NCBI RefSeq assembly: GCF_030028105.1 | Contig: NC_092384.1 | Location: 16,871,629-16,935,628 of the forward strand | Source of the DNA: Mobula birostris | Taxonomy: Eukaryota | Direction of reading: 5' to 3' | Length of the DNA stretch: 64,000 nucleotides | Part shown: positions 34,416 to 46,700 of the stretch, one piece after another | Position numbering within the stretch: the first letter of the stretch is position 1 | Layout of the letters: each line of letters starts with the position of its first letter | Translations under genes and position numbers: made by a program | The notes under the pieces: generated by a model | Databases searched by the model: none | What the model was told of the DNA's origin: nothing | Seen by the model: the letters and a program-made list of their open reading frames with translations, nothing else

Positions 34416-37400
34416 CTGTTGGAAAAACACACTTAATACTGATAACTGATACAAGGTCAGTGATCATGAACTGTTTGGTTTGGAATATCCGCGTGTTATG
34501 ATATTGTCCGTATATCATTCCGGAGGTGGGATACCAAACCCATTTCAGGCTGGAAGTCACTACGTTTACTTTAGATTTCCAAGCAACCACTTAAAACCAT
34601 CCTTTCAATCGGATCGGTTTCTCAGGTCTGGCCATTTCTTTTGTTTTCATCTCTTCTGTTATATCCCTTACACGCTTCTAAGTTTTGTGGACGGGCTTTA
34701 TCCGATGCGGTTTTCTTAGCACCCCGTCAAATTACTATAATTATTGGCATGACGCGATTTCGTCCCCACGGTGCATTTAGAGCCTGTGACTCTTGAAACT
34801 CGCATTATCTAGGTTAAGGATATTGGAACAAGTGACAAGACCTGTTGTACGGTTCCAGCCTGGCTTATCTGAGGTAGCAAATACGGGAGGGGCATCTTGC
34901 CAGCTGTTGAGCTGATTGGTGTTGCTGGTGTATCAATTAAATTACAATCGAAATAAGTAGAGCTGTTGGACATGCCCGTTACAGTAAATGGTTAAAATAG
35001 CATTTGTTTCGGCTAAAATAATGACAGAGCATTCCAGAGCAATAAAGCGACGGTAAAAAAAATCTTAAACGTTCCAGCTTCATCTTAGATATTACTCTCA
35101 GAAGCGGTCCTTCATTTCGGGAAGTGCTACAAATGCTGATAGAAGTTTCAACGGAGTTCTACTATAATGAAGCCAGTGGGATATGACAACCTTGCTTTGG
35201 TGATGTGAAAAGTTGTTGCAGCAAATATCGTTACGTAAAAGTAAAAATATGCGCTACAATTGGGAAGGTAATTAATGAACACAAAAAAGTTGTTTCCCGT
35301 GTAGACAGATGGGTATATAACCGATAAAGGTTTAATATATGCTATCAGGAGGATCCAGGTGGGACACATTTAATAACATTGAACTGCTGGAACTTTGAAG
35401 TGAAACAGACAAATAAGACACACAGTAGATCAGGAAACACGAGAGGAAAGAGAAACAATCAACGTTTACGTTGCTTTCCGGGGAGAGGTATTCAACCTGA
35501 AAGGACAGCGTTTTCTCTTTCCTAAAACGGCGTTAGAGGTTCTTAATTTCTGGATTCAATCCAAAATGGGAGATGACAATACATTTATATGTTGCAGGCA
35601 TTTCTTTCAAAATTGAGGATAATAATCCTTCAGCGTAGCCTCCTGGAGTAGAAGGCGCCTGGTGGAATTTCCTTAACATATGGGTATCATTGTGCACCAG
35701 ATACTACACGGTTTATTGGAAGCATATTCGATTCCATTGCAGGTCATGCACTGTTCTGTGGATCTTTGTTGGGAATCGGTGTTAAAAACTCCATATGACT
35801 TTCCAAAGCAAAATTTCGTTGCATTTTCAATTTTGCTTGCTGTGCGTTCAAATCAGATGTAACATATATTGCGAAATGCGTGTACTGTATTTTTCCATTG
35901 TGCACGACACAGTGATTCTCGTAAGCCGACATTTGACATCTAAAACATCTCAGTCTTAGATTTGTATTTAATTATTCGTCAAACGAAGCGTGATTAACAG
36001 CATAACTTCCATTAGTATACACTACCGTTCATCTTAATGCAACCGGTTATGAACTGATGTAGAATCCTGAAAGACGATAGATTCAGATTCAATAGGAATA
36101 TTCAAATCTACCTTGGATAAAACTGCAAAATAAAGAGGTGTCAGGTAGTTTTATTGTTCCCTACTGCGTTTCAAATGTTAGAACAAAATAAATCTTAGGC
36201 GGAAGGACAAGATGGCGGTATGCCGTGCGTGCGCAGCTCTCCGGTGAAAAATGATATTGTATCTGTCAAATAGGGGCCGTGGACAATTCTGATTTGATGG
36301 AGAATGGACGTGAAAGCACAGAGGAACATTCGCTGCTGTCGTTACTGTGTGGTCGTGAATCTTTCGGAGGGTAGGCCTCAAAATCCCCGACCTTGTCTGC
36401 TTTTGGCGACCGAGAAGGAGGTCGAATCGTTCGGGCAGATGTGGCGCTCAGTACTCGGTATCGTAGAGTTGATCAGAGCTCGAAGTTTTCGGATGACTCA
36501 GAGTCGGATTGTGGTCGGCATGGCAGGGAGAGTTTTTCTTCGTTCTCTCGTCTGCGTGAGATGTGGGACATTTGAGAAACCTTGTACTTTACTGTGCTCA
36601 CGGACTTCTTCATCAAGTTATGGTATTGTTGCACTGCTTGTAACTATATGCTATAATTATGTGGTTTTGTCAGTTTTTTCAGTCTGGGTTTGTCCTGTGT
36701 TTTGTGATATCACACCGGAGGAAATAATGTATCATTTCTTAATGCATGCATTACTAAATGACAATAAAAGAGGAATACTTGTCTTCATAATCATAAATTT
36801 GTAATATTTAAGGTACGTTTGACATTAGGCCGGTAATTTTGACATTGATAGTGGGTAAGTTATTGGAGGGAGTACTAAGAGACAGAATCTACAAGCATTT
36901 GGATAGACGGGGACATATTAGGGAGAGTCAAAATGGCTTTGTGCATGGTAGGTCATGTTTGACCAATCTATTGGAGTTTTTCGAGGAGTTTACCAGGAAA
37001 GTGGATGAAGGGAAGGCAGTGGATGTTGTCTAAAGCCTTTGACAGGGTCCCGCATGGGAGGTTAGTTCGGAAAATTCAGTCGCTAGGTATACATGGAGAG
37101 GTGGTAAATTGGATTAGACATTGGCTCAATGGAAGAGGCCAAAGACCAGTAGTAGGAAATTGCTTCTCAGAGTGGAGACCTGTGACTCGTGGTGCGCCAC
37201 AGGGATCAGTGCTGGGTCCAGTGTTATTTGTCATCTGTATCAATTATTTGGATGATAATGTGCTAAATTGGATCAGCAAATTTGCTGATTATACAAAGAT
37301 TTGAGATGTACTAGACAGCGAGGAAGGTTCTCGGAGCCTGCAGAGGGACTTGGACCAGCCGGAAAAATGGGCTGAAAAATGGCAGATAGAGTTTAATACA

Positions 37401-40400
37401 GACAAGTGTGAGGTATTGCACTTTGGAAGGACAAACCAAGGTAGAACATACAGGGTTAATGGTAAGGCACTGAGGCGTGCAGTAGAACAGAGGGATCTTG
37501 GAATACAGATACAAAATTCCCTAAAAGTGGCGTCACAGGTAGATAGGGTCGTAAAGAGAGCTTTTGGTACATTGGCCTTTATTAATCAAAGTATTGAGTA
37601 TCAAAGCTGGAATGTTATGATGAGGTTGTATAAGGCACTGGTAAGGCCGAATTTGGAGTATTGTGTTCAGTTTTGGTTACCAAATTACAGGAAGGATATT
37701 AATAAGGTTGAAAGAGTGCAGAAAAGGTTTACAAGGATGTTGCCGGGACTTGAGAAACTGAGTTACAGACAAAGGTTGAATAGATTAGGACTTTATTCCC
37801 TAGAGCGTAGAAGAATGAGTGGTGATTTGATAGAGGTATATAAAATTATGATGGGTATAGATAGGGTGAATGCAAGCAGGCTTTTCCCACTGAGGCTAGG
37901 GGAGAAAAAAACCAGAGGACATGGGTTAAGGTTGAAGGGGGAAAAGTTTAAAGGGGGGCTTCTTCACACAGAGAGTGGTGGGAGTGTGGAATGAGCTGCC
38001 AGACGAGGTGGTAAATGCGGGTTCTTTTTTAACACTTAAGAATAAATGGGACAGATACATGGGTGGGAAGTGTATGGAGGGATGTGGTCCGTGCGCAGGT
38101 CAGTGGGACTAGGCAGAAAATAATTTGGCAGAGCCAAGAAGGGCCAAAGGCCTGTTTCTGTGCTGTAGTTTTTCTATGGTTTCTGTGGTTTTCTATATCT
38201 CTGCTATACCTATACGCCGATCTCAAAGAAGTCAAGCCACTTCACTTACCAGCTCTTCACTCTGACATCTGTCCAAAGAGCTTGTGTTAATCCCTTAAGA
38301 AAAATAAAAGAAATTATTTACATTGTAAAAGTTGGACATTATTCATTTGATACAAATAGAATTCATCGCGTAAGAGGAACTGCTGAAGGTACGGATCTTT
38401 CAGAAAGCATTTTGTGGTATTAGTTGTCTTAATACAGTGCATCAACATCATGGCACTATGCTCAAGAGTCTACGACATTTAAAGAAGCCGTAAAGTGATA
38501 ATAGTATATGAGTTGCTGTACTACATCTAAATACTGTCGTTAAAATGGAAATTAAAATCAATGAGACATGCATGAGATCGTCAATGTTCTTTAAACAGTG
38601 ACAGTAAGCATAGACCTATGCCAAGCTGCTTACGCTTCAAAGTATAGACCTGCCATTGTATCCAAAACGACATTTGAAGTATTCCAAAGGGATATAACGG
38701 CATTTATGAACAAGATACAGCATATAGATACAGCGAGTGGACTGGTGGAATTATTGTATATTAAGATCCAGCTTGTGTTGTGCCTGATGATTATCAATGT
38801 AATCAGGTTCGACCATGTCAATCCCTGTCTAATCATGCTCTAATGACATTTATTCTTTTTGAAGTTAAGTATCTTTCACACATCTATTTTGCACGAATAG
38901 AGGTGATATTTCTCAGCGATCAGGTTTCTTACCGTGCAATCTCTTTAACTTGACTTTCACCAAAACTATTATCAGAGCTAAAATTGCCGATCCGCCGAGC
39001 GCACATGCCAGAATGAATTTAGTATCAGCGCCTTGTGGATCAACAGGGGGAAAAGAAGAAACTGTGAAGCACTTATGCATCTAAAAAATGCACACATGAG
39101 AATCAATAATGCAAAATATCTAATAGGCTCCTTTCAAATCTCACTGCGCAACATCGGAAAATATGTCATAAGACAGGAAATGCAAATTCCCACCTTTGTT
39201 ATATTTCGATGAGATATAGAGTTTACGTTTTGCTTTCCACAATTTTGGCAAATGTTCACAAGTTTGCTACCTTGCAAATACTGCACGAATTCAATTTCTT
39301 AATTCGCCCTACACGATTTAAACTAACGGAATAACACAAGTTTTTGAACACCTTTCACGTTCAATACTCACTATCAATTACTACGCTTCAAAATTAGCCA
39401 TTCTTCCGTCTTTGGGTAGCTGTTCAGTTACTGTTCTTAACAAGGTCACATTGACCCCACCACAATGACTTGTAAGCGCTTCCATCTTACATTGAGCAGA
39501 AAAGATTCTGAACATGCTGAAATTCAGAATAACACATAAAATCCTGGAAGAACTCAGCCGATCAGGCAGATCTAAAATGTCGACGTTTAAGGCCGAGATC
39601 CAACATCATGACTTCATCAAGACACCATCTTACCTTGGATGTAGCTGAAACTGGCAGACAACGTGAGGGAGCCATGCGACACCAGGCAGGTGTAAATATC
39701 TTTTCCCCAAGCAGACTGCGTAATTTCCAATAAACTAAATACTTCGTACAAGCCGTCCACGTTCCGGTTTGTCACATTTTGTATTCCAGTGTGAATTTGC
39801 TTGTTATTTCTTTGCCAAATGATTTCTAATTTCTCCGGGTAGAAGGCAGCCGTTTTACAAAGGAGCTTTCGAGGAGACGAAAACCCTCCAACAGGAACAA
39901 TTTCCACTGGAGTTGGAGGAGCTTGAATCAAAACGTAGTTATATTGAGTATTTTCGATCCATTTCAGTACAGATAATTTCGCTTATCTCCCTTCCAACTA
40001 GCCTGATGCTCAACTATCAAATCAGTTACCCGCCAGTATTAACCAGTATTTAATAAATTCTTCCAATTTCACGTTCTGCTTATTGTTACTCAACCATACA
40101 CACACACTCCGATGCAAAATACGCCGTGACGCCTCACCAGTGCTTTATAAAGTCTGAATATTACATTCTTGCTTTTATATTCTAGTCCTCTTGAAATGAA
40201 TGCGATCATCGGATTTGCCTTCCTGGCCACAGACCCAACCTGCAAATTAACCTGTATGGAATACTGCACACGGACTCGCAAGTCCCTTACCACCTCAATG
40301 TTTTTTTGTGTTTTCTCTCCAGTTGGAAAATATTCAAAACTTTCACACCCTCCACCAAACTGCATGCTCACACACTTCTCGAAACTGTATTCCATCTGCC

Positions 40401-43400
40401 ATTTCTTTGCCTGTCCTCCTAATCTGTCTCAGTCTTTCTGTAGCCTCTCTATTTCCTAAAACTACCTGCCCATCCACCTCTCTTCATATCGTCTGCAAGC
40501 TTTGCAACAAAGCCATCAATTCCACCATCCATATCATTGACATATAACATTAAACGAATCGGTCACTGCACAGACCCCTGTGGAAGACAGTTCGTCACGG
40601 GCAGCCAACCAGAAAATTCTCCCTTTATTTCCATTCTTTGTCACTTACCAACCAGCCACTGCTTTATCCACCCTAGTATCTTTCTTGTTATACTTTGGGC
40701 TCGTAGCTTGTTTAACAGCCTTGTGTGTGGTACCTTGTCAAAGGCCTTCTGAAAATCCAAGTACACAACAACCGATTCTGCCTACCTTTATCTATCCTGC
40801 TTTTTATTCCTTCAAATAATTCAATCAGATTTGTCTGGCGAGAGTTTCCTTTGAGGATATCATGCTGACAATGGCGTGTTTTATTATGTGTCTCCAAGTA
40901 ATCTAATACCTGATCCTTAATGATGGACTCCAACATCTTGACAACCAGTGAGGTCAGACTGACTGGCCTATAGATTCCCTTTTCTGCCTCTCTGCTTTCT
41001 TGAAGAGTGGAGTGACATTTGTAATTTTCCAGTCTTCCAGAACCATTCCAGAATCGTAATTCTTGAAAGACCTTTACTAATGCCTCCACAATCTATCAGC
41101 AACTTTTATCAGAATCATGGTATGTACATCATCTGGTCTAGGTGAATTACCTACTTTCAGAACTTTCAGTTTCCCAAGAACTTGCACTCCAATTATGTCT
41201 CTAGTTTTGCCGTTGTTCAAGATAGACTCTCGGAATAAACCGGGATAATATAGACTAGTTGGTATTACAGTGAAGTGGGTAATTTATTGGAAGATATTCG
41301 AAAGAATAGGATAGATAAATATTGAGATAGACTGGGTTTGTTTGGGAATAAGCAACATTATTTTGTGCAATGTAGGCTCTGTCTAACCAATCTTAATGAA
41401 CTTTTCGAGCGGGTTACCATGGATCTTGATGAAGGATAACAGTGGTCAATATGGATTTTAGCAAGAGCTTTGGAAAAGTTCTGCATGGGGGTGGTGGGCT
41501 GATCAAGTACGTTCGCTTGGCATTCAGGATGAAGGAGTAAGTTGTGTCTAACGTTGGCTTCGCGGGAGAAGCCAGTGTATGGTAGTAGATGGTTGTTCTT
41601 TGAACGAAGGCCTTTGACTGGTGGTGTGCCGCATGGCGATCAAAGCTTGCAGCGGGTTATGGACCAGGTCTAAAAATGCGTTGAAAATGGCAGATAGGAT
41701 TTAATGAAGGTAATTGTAAGCTGTTGTACTTTAAGAAGACAAACCATTCTCCGATACACATCGTCAACGAGACTGGGATTGACGAATGCGGTAAAAAATG
41801 ATCTTGGAATACAGATTGATAATTCATTGGAAATGGAGCAAAAGGCAGTGGTTTCGTAAAGATAACCTTTGTCATATTGGACTTCACATATCAGAGTATT
41901 GAGTGTAAAAGTTGGAATGTTATGCTGAAGTTGCATTAGACGTCAGTGAGAACAAATTTGGTGTATTGTTCACAGTTCTGGTTAATTATCTGCAGGAAAG
42001 TTATAAATATGATTGAATGAGTACAAAACAACTTACAAGATGTGGCATGAATTTGAGGACATGGATTATGAGGAAAGGTTTAACAGGTAAGGATTTTTTG
42101 AATGATTCGTAAGAGAACGAGCGACCATTTGATCGAGGTATACAAAATTATGAGGGATGTAGATATATGGTGTATACAAGCCTGCATCATCCACTGAGGT
42201 TGGGTGAGAGTGTAATTGGAATTCATAGCTTCAGAGTGAAATGAAAAGTATTAAAGGCGAACCTGGTGGGAAACGTCTTTACTCGGCCGGTGATGCTATT
42301 GTGGAGTGAGCTGCCAGAGGAGGTGTTTGTGACCGACTCTCTACCCGTTACAGTACTATCCAATCGTATCAAAATTCACCTTAACCCTGAGAGGTCCATA
42401 TTTCTCACAATTTATATGGTGAAAGAAGTATAGATTTTGCTAACCCTGCATGACAAAAGTTGGAATGACATTTTGCAGTGCATGTGATAGATGTTGGAAT
42501 TAACTCATTTGGAGCTGGGTATTATTCCTGTCTACTTGTTGATGCGGAATTGGAGCATTGTGCTGCTGCATGGAGACCCTTTGACAGAGATTACTCTATT
42601 TAAGTATTAATATTCTGCGTCCTCTGTGCTGAGGAATCGAGTTATCCAACTCCAGCCATTCACATTAATATTAATATTATTTCAGCCTCTTGCTTGCAAC
42701 ACAATCCTAACCTTGCTTGAAAATTAAAGTAATTCGTTGTATTCAAAGTACCTTTGTGATAATGAGGGTGAAGTCCTAAGGTATCACTAACCTTGGACAT
42801 TCGGTTTAATTGGGAGATAGCTGATGAGCAGGGCTGGACGAATAGCAGTGGGGAAAGAACCGAGGAAATACGATACGATAAACAGAATCAACTTCATTAT
42901 GCGCCTAATAGTTGCTACACGAAATGTGATTAATTCTTCTGTTCTTTATAATTCTGAATTGAGAATCCCTGGACTGGGGTATATTTTAACGCGGGGAACA
43001 AATGTATTCTCGCCGCTTGTTTAGTCAAATAGAAACATTTATTATCATCCTCATCACTAAGTTTGATGTAAAATGCACAGAGCCGAAAATCTCCAAACAG
43101 CCACACTCACCGAACACAGTGAGGCTGGTGCCACAGCTACTCACGAAAAATTGCTCCTGAAACTTTACTTCACAGTAATATAGTCCAGAGTCGCTGAATT
43201 TGACATTTCGGAGTACAAGCGTTCCTCTTCCCCTTTCTACAGTAAATTGTCTTCTGCTGTCCCTTTCTAAAAATGCCTTCTCGCCTTGCCTCCGCCAACG
43301 AATGTCAACAGTATCTTGTGATAGTGGAAATTTGCAGAACATCGTGACATTCGCACCACCCGGGACGTTCAGGTCCCGCGGGAATTGAGATACTTCGTTC

Positions 43401-43674
43401 GCCGTTACTTTGACGACTGCCGGAAAAATAAGCAAGAGTATTAACAACAGTTAAACACAGTGAATTAACAAAAACTGATGACGTAAGTCACTGGACATCT
43501 AACAGCGAAAAACGGCCGAATAGATGAAAAACGGTAACCGAATATGCTGCAGGCACCCAGGGTTAAATATTATGAAATAGAATATTCAATTCGGAAACGG
43601 CGTGTATAAATCAGCATACTTAGCCAAGTAATAACCAGAAGTGTCATGTACGAAACCGTAAACTTCTCCGCCAT
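34278..43674 (-). CDS. Intact 6-exon type I membrane receptor, 309 aa: leader-V-C1-TM-cytoplasmic ITIM (SIRP-/NKp30-/PRARP-like architecture; exact family not assignable by eye)
   Basis: join(43620-43674, 43111-43416, 39634-39921, 38933-39031, 38250-38293, 34278-34415) = 930 nt. All introns are GT-AG with phases 1,1,1,1,0, and the frame is open from ATG to TAA. Confidence 0.85.
36185..36800 (+). mobile_element. Probable non-autonomous retroelement (UTR-derived) in intron 5
   Basis: Starts AAGATGGCG, is CpG-rich, and ends AATAAAAGAGG..cataatcataa; no RT motifs. Confidence 0.4.
36845..38195 (+). mobile_element. CR1 LINE, 5'-truncated, in intron 5; same subfamily as 12390-13756
   Basis: RESQNGFVHGRSCLTNLLEFFEE; [10 protein letters not shown]; LEYCVQFWLP; very similar to 12400-13750. 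Confidence 0.92.
38250..38293 (-). CDS. Exon 5: 44-bp cytoplasmic exon
   Basis: Acceptor cttttatttttcttaag, donor G|GTAAGT; (G)INTSSLDRCQSEEL; its phase 1-to-0 boundaries link the TM exon to the ITIM exon. Confidence 0.8.
38933..39031 (-). CDS. Exon 4: transmembrane exon
   Basis: Long polypyrimidine acceptor ending cacaag, donor G|GTAAGA; ADTK-FILACALGGSAILALIIVLV-KVKLKRLH; uncharged TM followed by a basic stop-transfer cluster. Confidence 0.88.
39634..39921 (-). CDS. Exon 3: C1-set Ig domain
   Basis: LLC..FYP..W..DGLY..YTCLVSH C1 signature; acceptor gattcaag, donor G|GTAAGA. Confidence 0.93.
40040..41190 (-). mobile_element. CR1 RT fragment in intron 2
   Basis: IYRPVSLTSLV..; DLRVRVQ..VNLQV..FISRGLEYKS. 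Confidence 0.8.
41220..42330 (+). mobile_element. Old, diverged CR1 fragment in intron 2
   Basis: Nucleotide similarity to 12400-13600 (ggatcttggaatacag.., ttggaatgttatg.., gtggagtgagctgccagagg). Confidence 0.7.
43111..43416 (-). CDS. Exon 2: V-set Ig domain with germline J-like G strand
   Basis: EVSQFP..TMFC..RW..TLVLRNVKFSDSGLYYC..CGTSLTVF; acceptor ttttccggcag, donor G|GTGAGT. Confidence 0.93.
43620..43674 (-). CDS. Exon 1: leader peptide
   Basis: AAGATGG Kozak context; MAEKFTVSYMTLLVITWL; donor A|GTATGC, phase 1; 203-bp intron to the V exon. Confidence 0.8.
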
Positions 43675-43742
43675 CTTACAGAAACCAAAGCGACCAAATC
43701 TTGCAATGCAAGTGGTATTTTAAAGAAGGAAAAGGACTTCGT

Positions 43743-43784
43743 GAGGAAATGTATTAATTATGTAAACATGACGCAGGATGACGC
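43743..43784 (-). promoter_or_regulatory. Candidate proximal promoter motif cluster (Ets, Forkhead, 2 CRE half-sites)
   Basis: GAGGAAAT 43743-43750, TGTAAACA 43761-43768, TGACGC 43769-43774 and 43779-43784; about 70-110 bp upstream of the ATG. Motif match only. Confidence 0.4.
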
Positions 43785-46700
43785 CACCGCCAGGCAGAAT
43801 AATGTGGTTCAGATTTGAACCCTGTCTCGGCTGGGAGGAAAATAAGAACTCTTACAATTCTAATTTTTACATGGCCTACCTAATGCTTCCGTAATTATGT
43901 TGGAAATCTTGCCCTCTTGCTGAATACAGGAATTATCTAAGTCTTTATTGAGCTATAAATTCAAATCTGTACTCTGCGCATTTTGATGGTAAAGATGGAA
44001 ATCCGCTTAGGAGTTGAAAAATGTCTAATAAGTTAGGCGGACAAAAACAATAACAGTATTTCTTCATTCCAATTTACCTTGGCAGTTTTGCTCCATTTCA
44101 ATTATATACCTTCGGTCAAATGGCACCCTGCGGGTTTCTCTAGTAAAGCAGTTGCGTTCATGCGGCCAGAAGACTTTAAGCTCCGACGGGTGCGGACGGT
44201 GTTATATAAATGAAAAATTTGCTTCTCTTGATAAATTCCTTTACGGTTTGGTTATAACGGTTCGATTAATGAACTACTGCTGAATGTCTGGATTGCAAAA
44301 CAAAAAGGAAATGATGAACGAGCCTGGTTTGAACAGCAAGTACATTGCCCCGGACGTCGAAATGCACATATCTCCTGCACAATGTATGATTTTGGGTTCT
44401 GAGCATTGATGACAAAAAGAAACGACATATCATATGGTCGCGTATTCAAAAACGAATTAATAATGAAATACTTCTGCTGTTTGACAAGATTAAAGAAATT
44501 GTCAAGAAATATTACATTGCTCCCAGTGAGGAGCTTTATAAAGGGAGCGTCGAACTTCAAGCAATTTTCATGAGACAAAAGCATATAATGTGAAACCTTC
44601 ATAAATTAATTCCATTGACAGATTTCAGTCTGTTTTCTCAAAGTAGGCCGCATAGTACTCAGGTTTCTTACTCGCTGCTGTGACCAGTTCACAAGTAGAA
44701 CTCACTGAGAAGCAGCAGCAAATACTGTCTGTGATAGAAATAGATTTCGGGTATAGGGTGTTGATCACATAAAGAGTGAGCATAGATTTCAAACAGCAAG
44801 TTATTCAGTTTAATGATAACAGAGATTCAAAAGGTACTGCGATAAAATCTATAAAGGGCGCATCGAGGAAGCCTCGGATCATTGATTGCAGTTCCGAGGC
44901 TCCATTTTAAATCCAATAAACACGAGCAGTTCCATTGCGGGAAATGCTGCTCTTTCAAATATCTCCTACAGTTCCACAAAGTAAATGAGAGACAACAGGA
45001 TAGTCAATCGAGCAAAAATTTTAACCTGATACAGAAAAAAAGGGTTAGCACGCACCCTTGTGTCTAAGCTAGCAGGGTATAAATTTTTATCCATTTATAA
45101 AATGACAACACGGAATATTCAAAAGCATCTTGGTTGGCAATGAAACAATACTGAGCTTCCATGTGCTTCCTACGAACGGAGTTAAGATTCTGATTACCAT
45201 GTCAGACACCTCGCCATTTTGAGCAGCTATGTTTCCGAATTTCCACGCAGCGGTGGGGATGCTATGCCTTTTTCATAAGACGCTTTGTCACCATTATTAA
45301 ATTGTATCTCCTGTCTTCTTAGATCTGAAATTATGTAGCTGGTTGGGGCTTAACGTTGTTCACAGGTAACACAAATTTTGTCAATTGGATCCCACGGGAT
45401 GTGATTGAGGTCAGTTTGTAGAGGAGTTTATCCGGGAGTGGATATGGACGTTGACGTCCTGCTGTAGATCTGATGAACCGTAAGAGACAATTCTAATGAG
45501 GGTCAGCTTAGTTTTACGTTACAGGTAACTTGTGATGCCGAATACATAAATGTGTCTGCGGCAGAAACCACTATTTCCAGAAGGTAAGTTTTCTGTCGAG
45601 ATTTCTGCCTTGATCTTCAGATATTCCTTTTTCTCGACAGATAAATACCAAAGATGAGAGTGCTCTGATTAGTTCCCCATGAACCACTCTCTGTTCTCCA
45701 TTAGTCCATTCTTCATGTGGCGTAAGAATAGAGCAGTAACTTAGACCAATTACTAAGCACTTCAAAACAAACTTGCTAATAAAAATTGGCCTCGGTTGAG
45801 CACGGTTGGGATTATCATGGTAGCTCTTAGGTGCCAAACTGAATAACGCTGCCGATCATTTTCAGTTTTAAATGCTTTAGAGATAAACTCTACATCTCTA
45901 TGTTTTTAACAGCATAAATTTGTTCAGCTTTAACTGGGGCGGATGGCAAGGGTAAGTAGAAGGCATTTTGTTCTTTTCAATTTATTGTTTTTTTGATTTC
46001 AAATGTTTGAATACATGGCAATCTCAGAAAAATCAAGATCTTTTTAAATGTTAAGCACAGCTATGGTTAGGCCAAAGGATTGAGTGTAAATCTAGATTTC
46101 TAATTTGTGACACAAATTTGTACACCGGACGAGATAATCCTTTATATTATTGCGACTTTAAATGTCTCTGCCTTCATTACAAACATATTCCGAATTGTTT
46201 TCAGCAAGGTTCTTCTAGGATAAGTGTTTCAACTGAATTTGATTATTGTTTAATAGATAATAGGGAGCTTAATTGAAGTTAGTTGACTGCAAAATTAAAG
46301 CTACTGTTTGATACTACTTTGTAGAAGTCACAGGAAACAATCAGCAAGCCAGGCAGCGTCTGCTGAGAGAAATAATGTGAACACTTCAAGTTGATAATTT
46401 TTCACTAGGTCATGAAGAGGAATGATTTGTATTTTCCCCTTTTTATAGTAGGTTCCCAATGTTTTCTGCTTAATTACGGAGTGCAAACACCTGCAATCCT
46501 TTTTTCCATTAATTTCCCAGCTTTCCAATAAATGATCAAACTTGATATAGGCCGAACACAAAGCGACCTGACCTTACTTCCCCTTTCATTTAAAAGTATA
46601 GTGGAAAACTTTAGATCAAGAAGCACCTCTCGACATTGCCACTTCATGTAATGTTGTCTACCTGTTTCTTGTTCCCTTAACACTGCTTTTAACATAACAA

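Noticed and set aside
36111-36121. Possible 11-nt microexon (ttttgcag|TTTTATCCAAG|gtagat) in intron 5
   Set aside because: The donor is weak, and inclusion would shift the frame of the ITIM exon.
36304-36804. 166-aa ORF in intron 5
   Set aside because: It lies wholly within a probable non-autonomous repeat, is antisense to the gene, and has no recognisable domain.
38630-38836. Hydrophobic ORF (LAVSICCILFINAVISLW) as candidate TM exon
   Set aside because: The splice phases do not fit and the acceptors are weak; the exon at 38933-39031 fits phase, acceptor, donor and the positive-inside rule.
43115-43121. CACAGTG heptamer inside the V exon
   Set aside because: It is just the codons for L-T-V of the G strand; there is no nonamer at 12 or 23 bp, so no evidence of V(D)J rearrangement.
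45571-45837. 88-aa minus-strand ORF in the conserved upstream block
   Set aside because: The paralogous sequence near 14830 has a stop (GAA TAA) in the same frame; no motif support.
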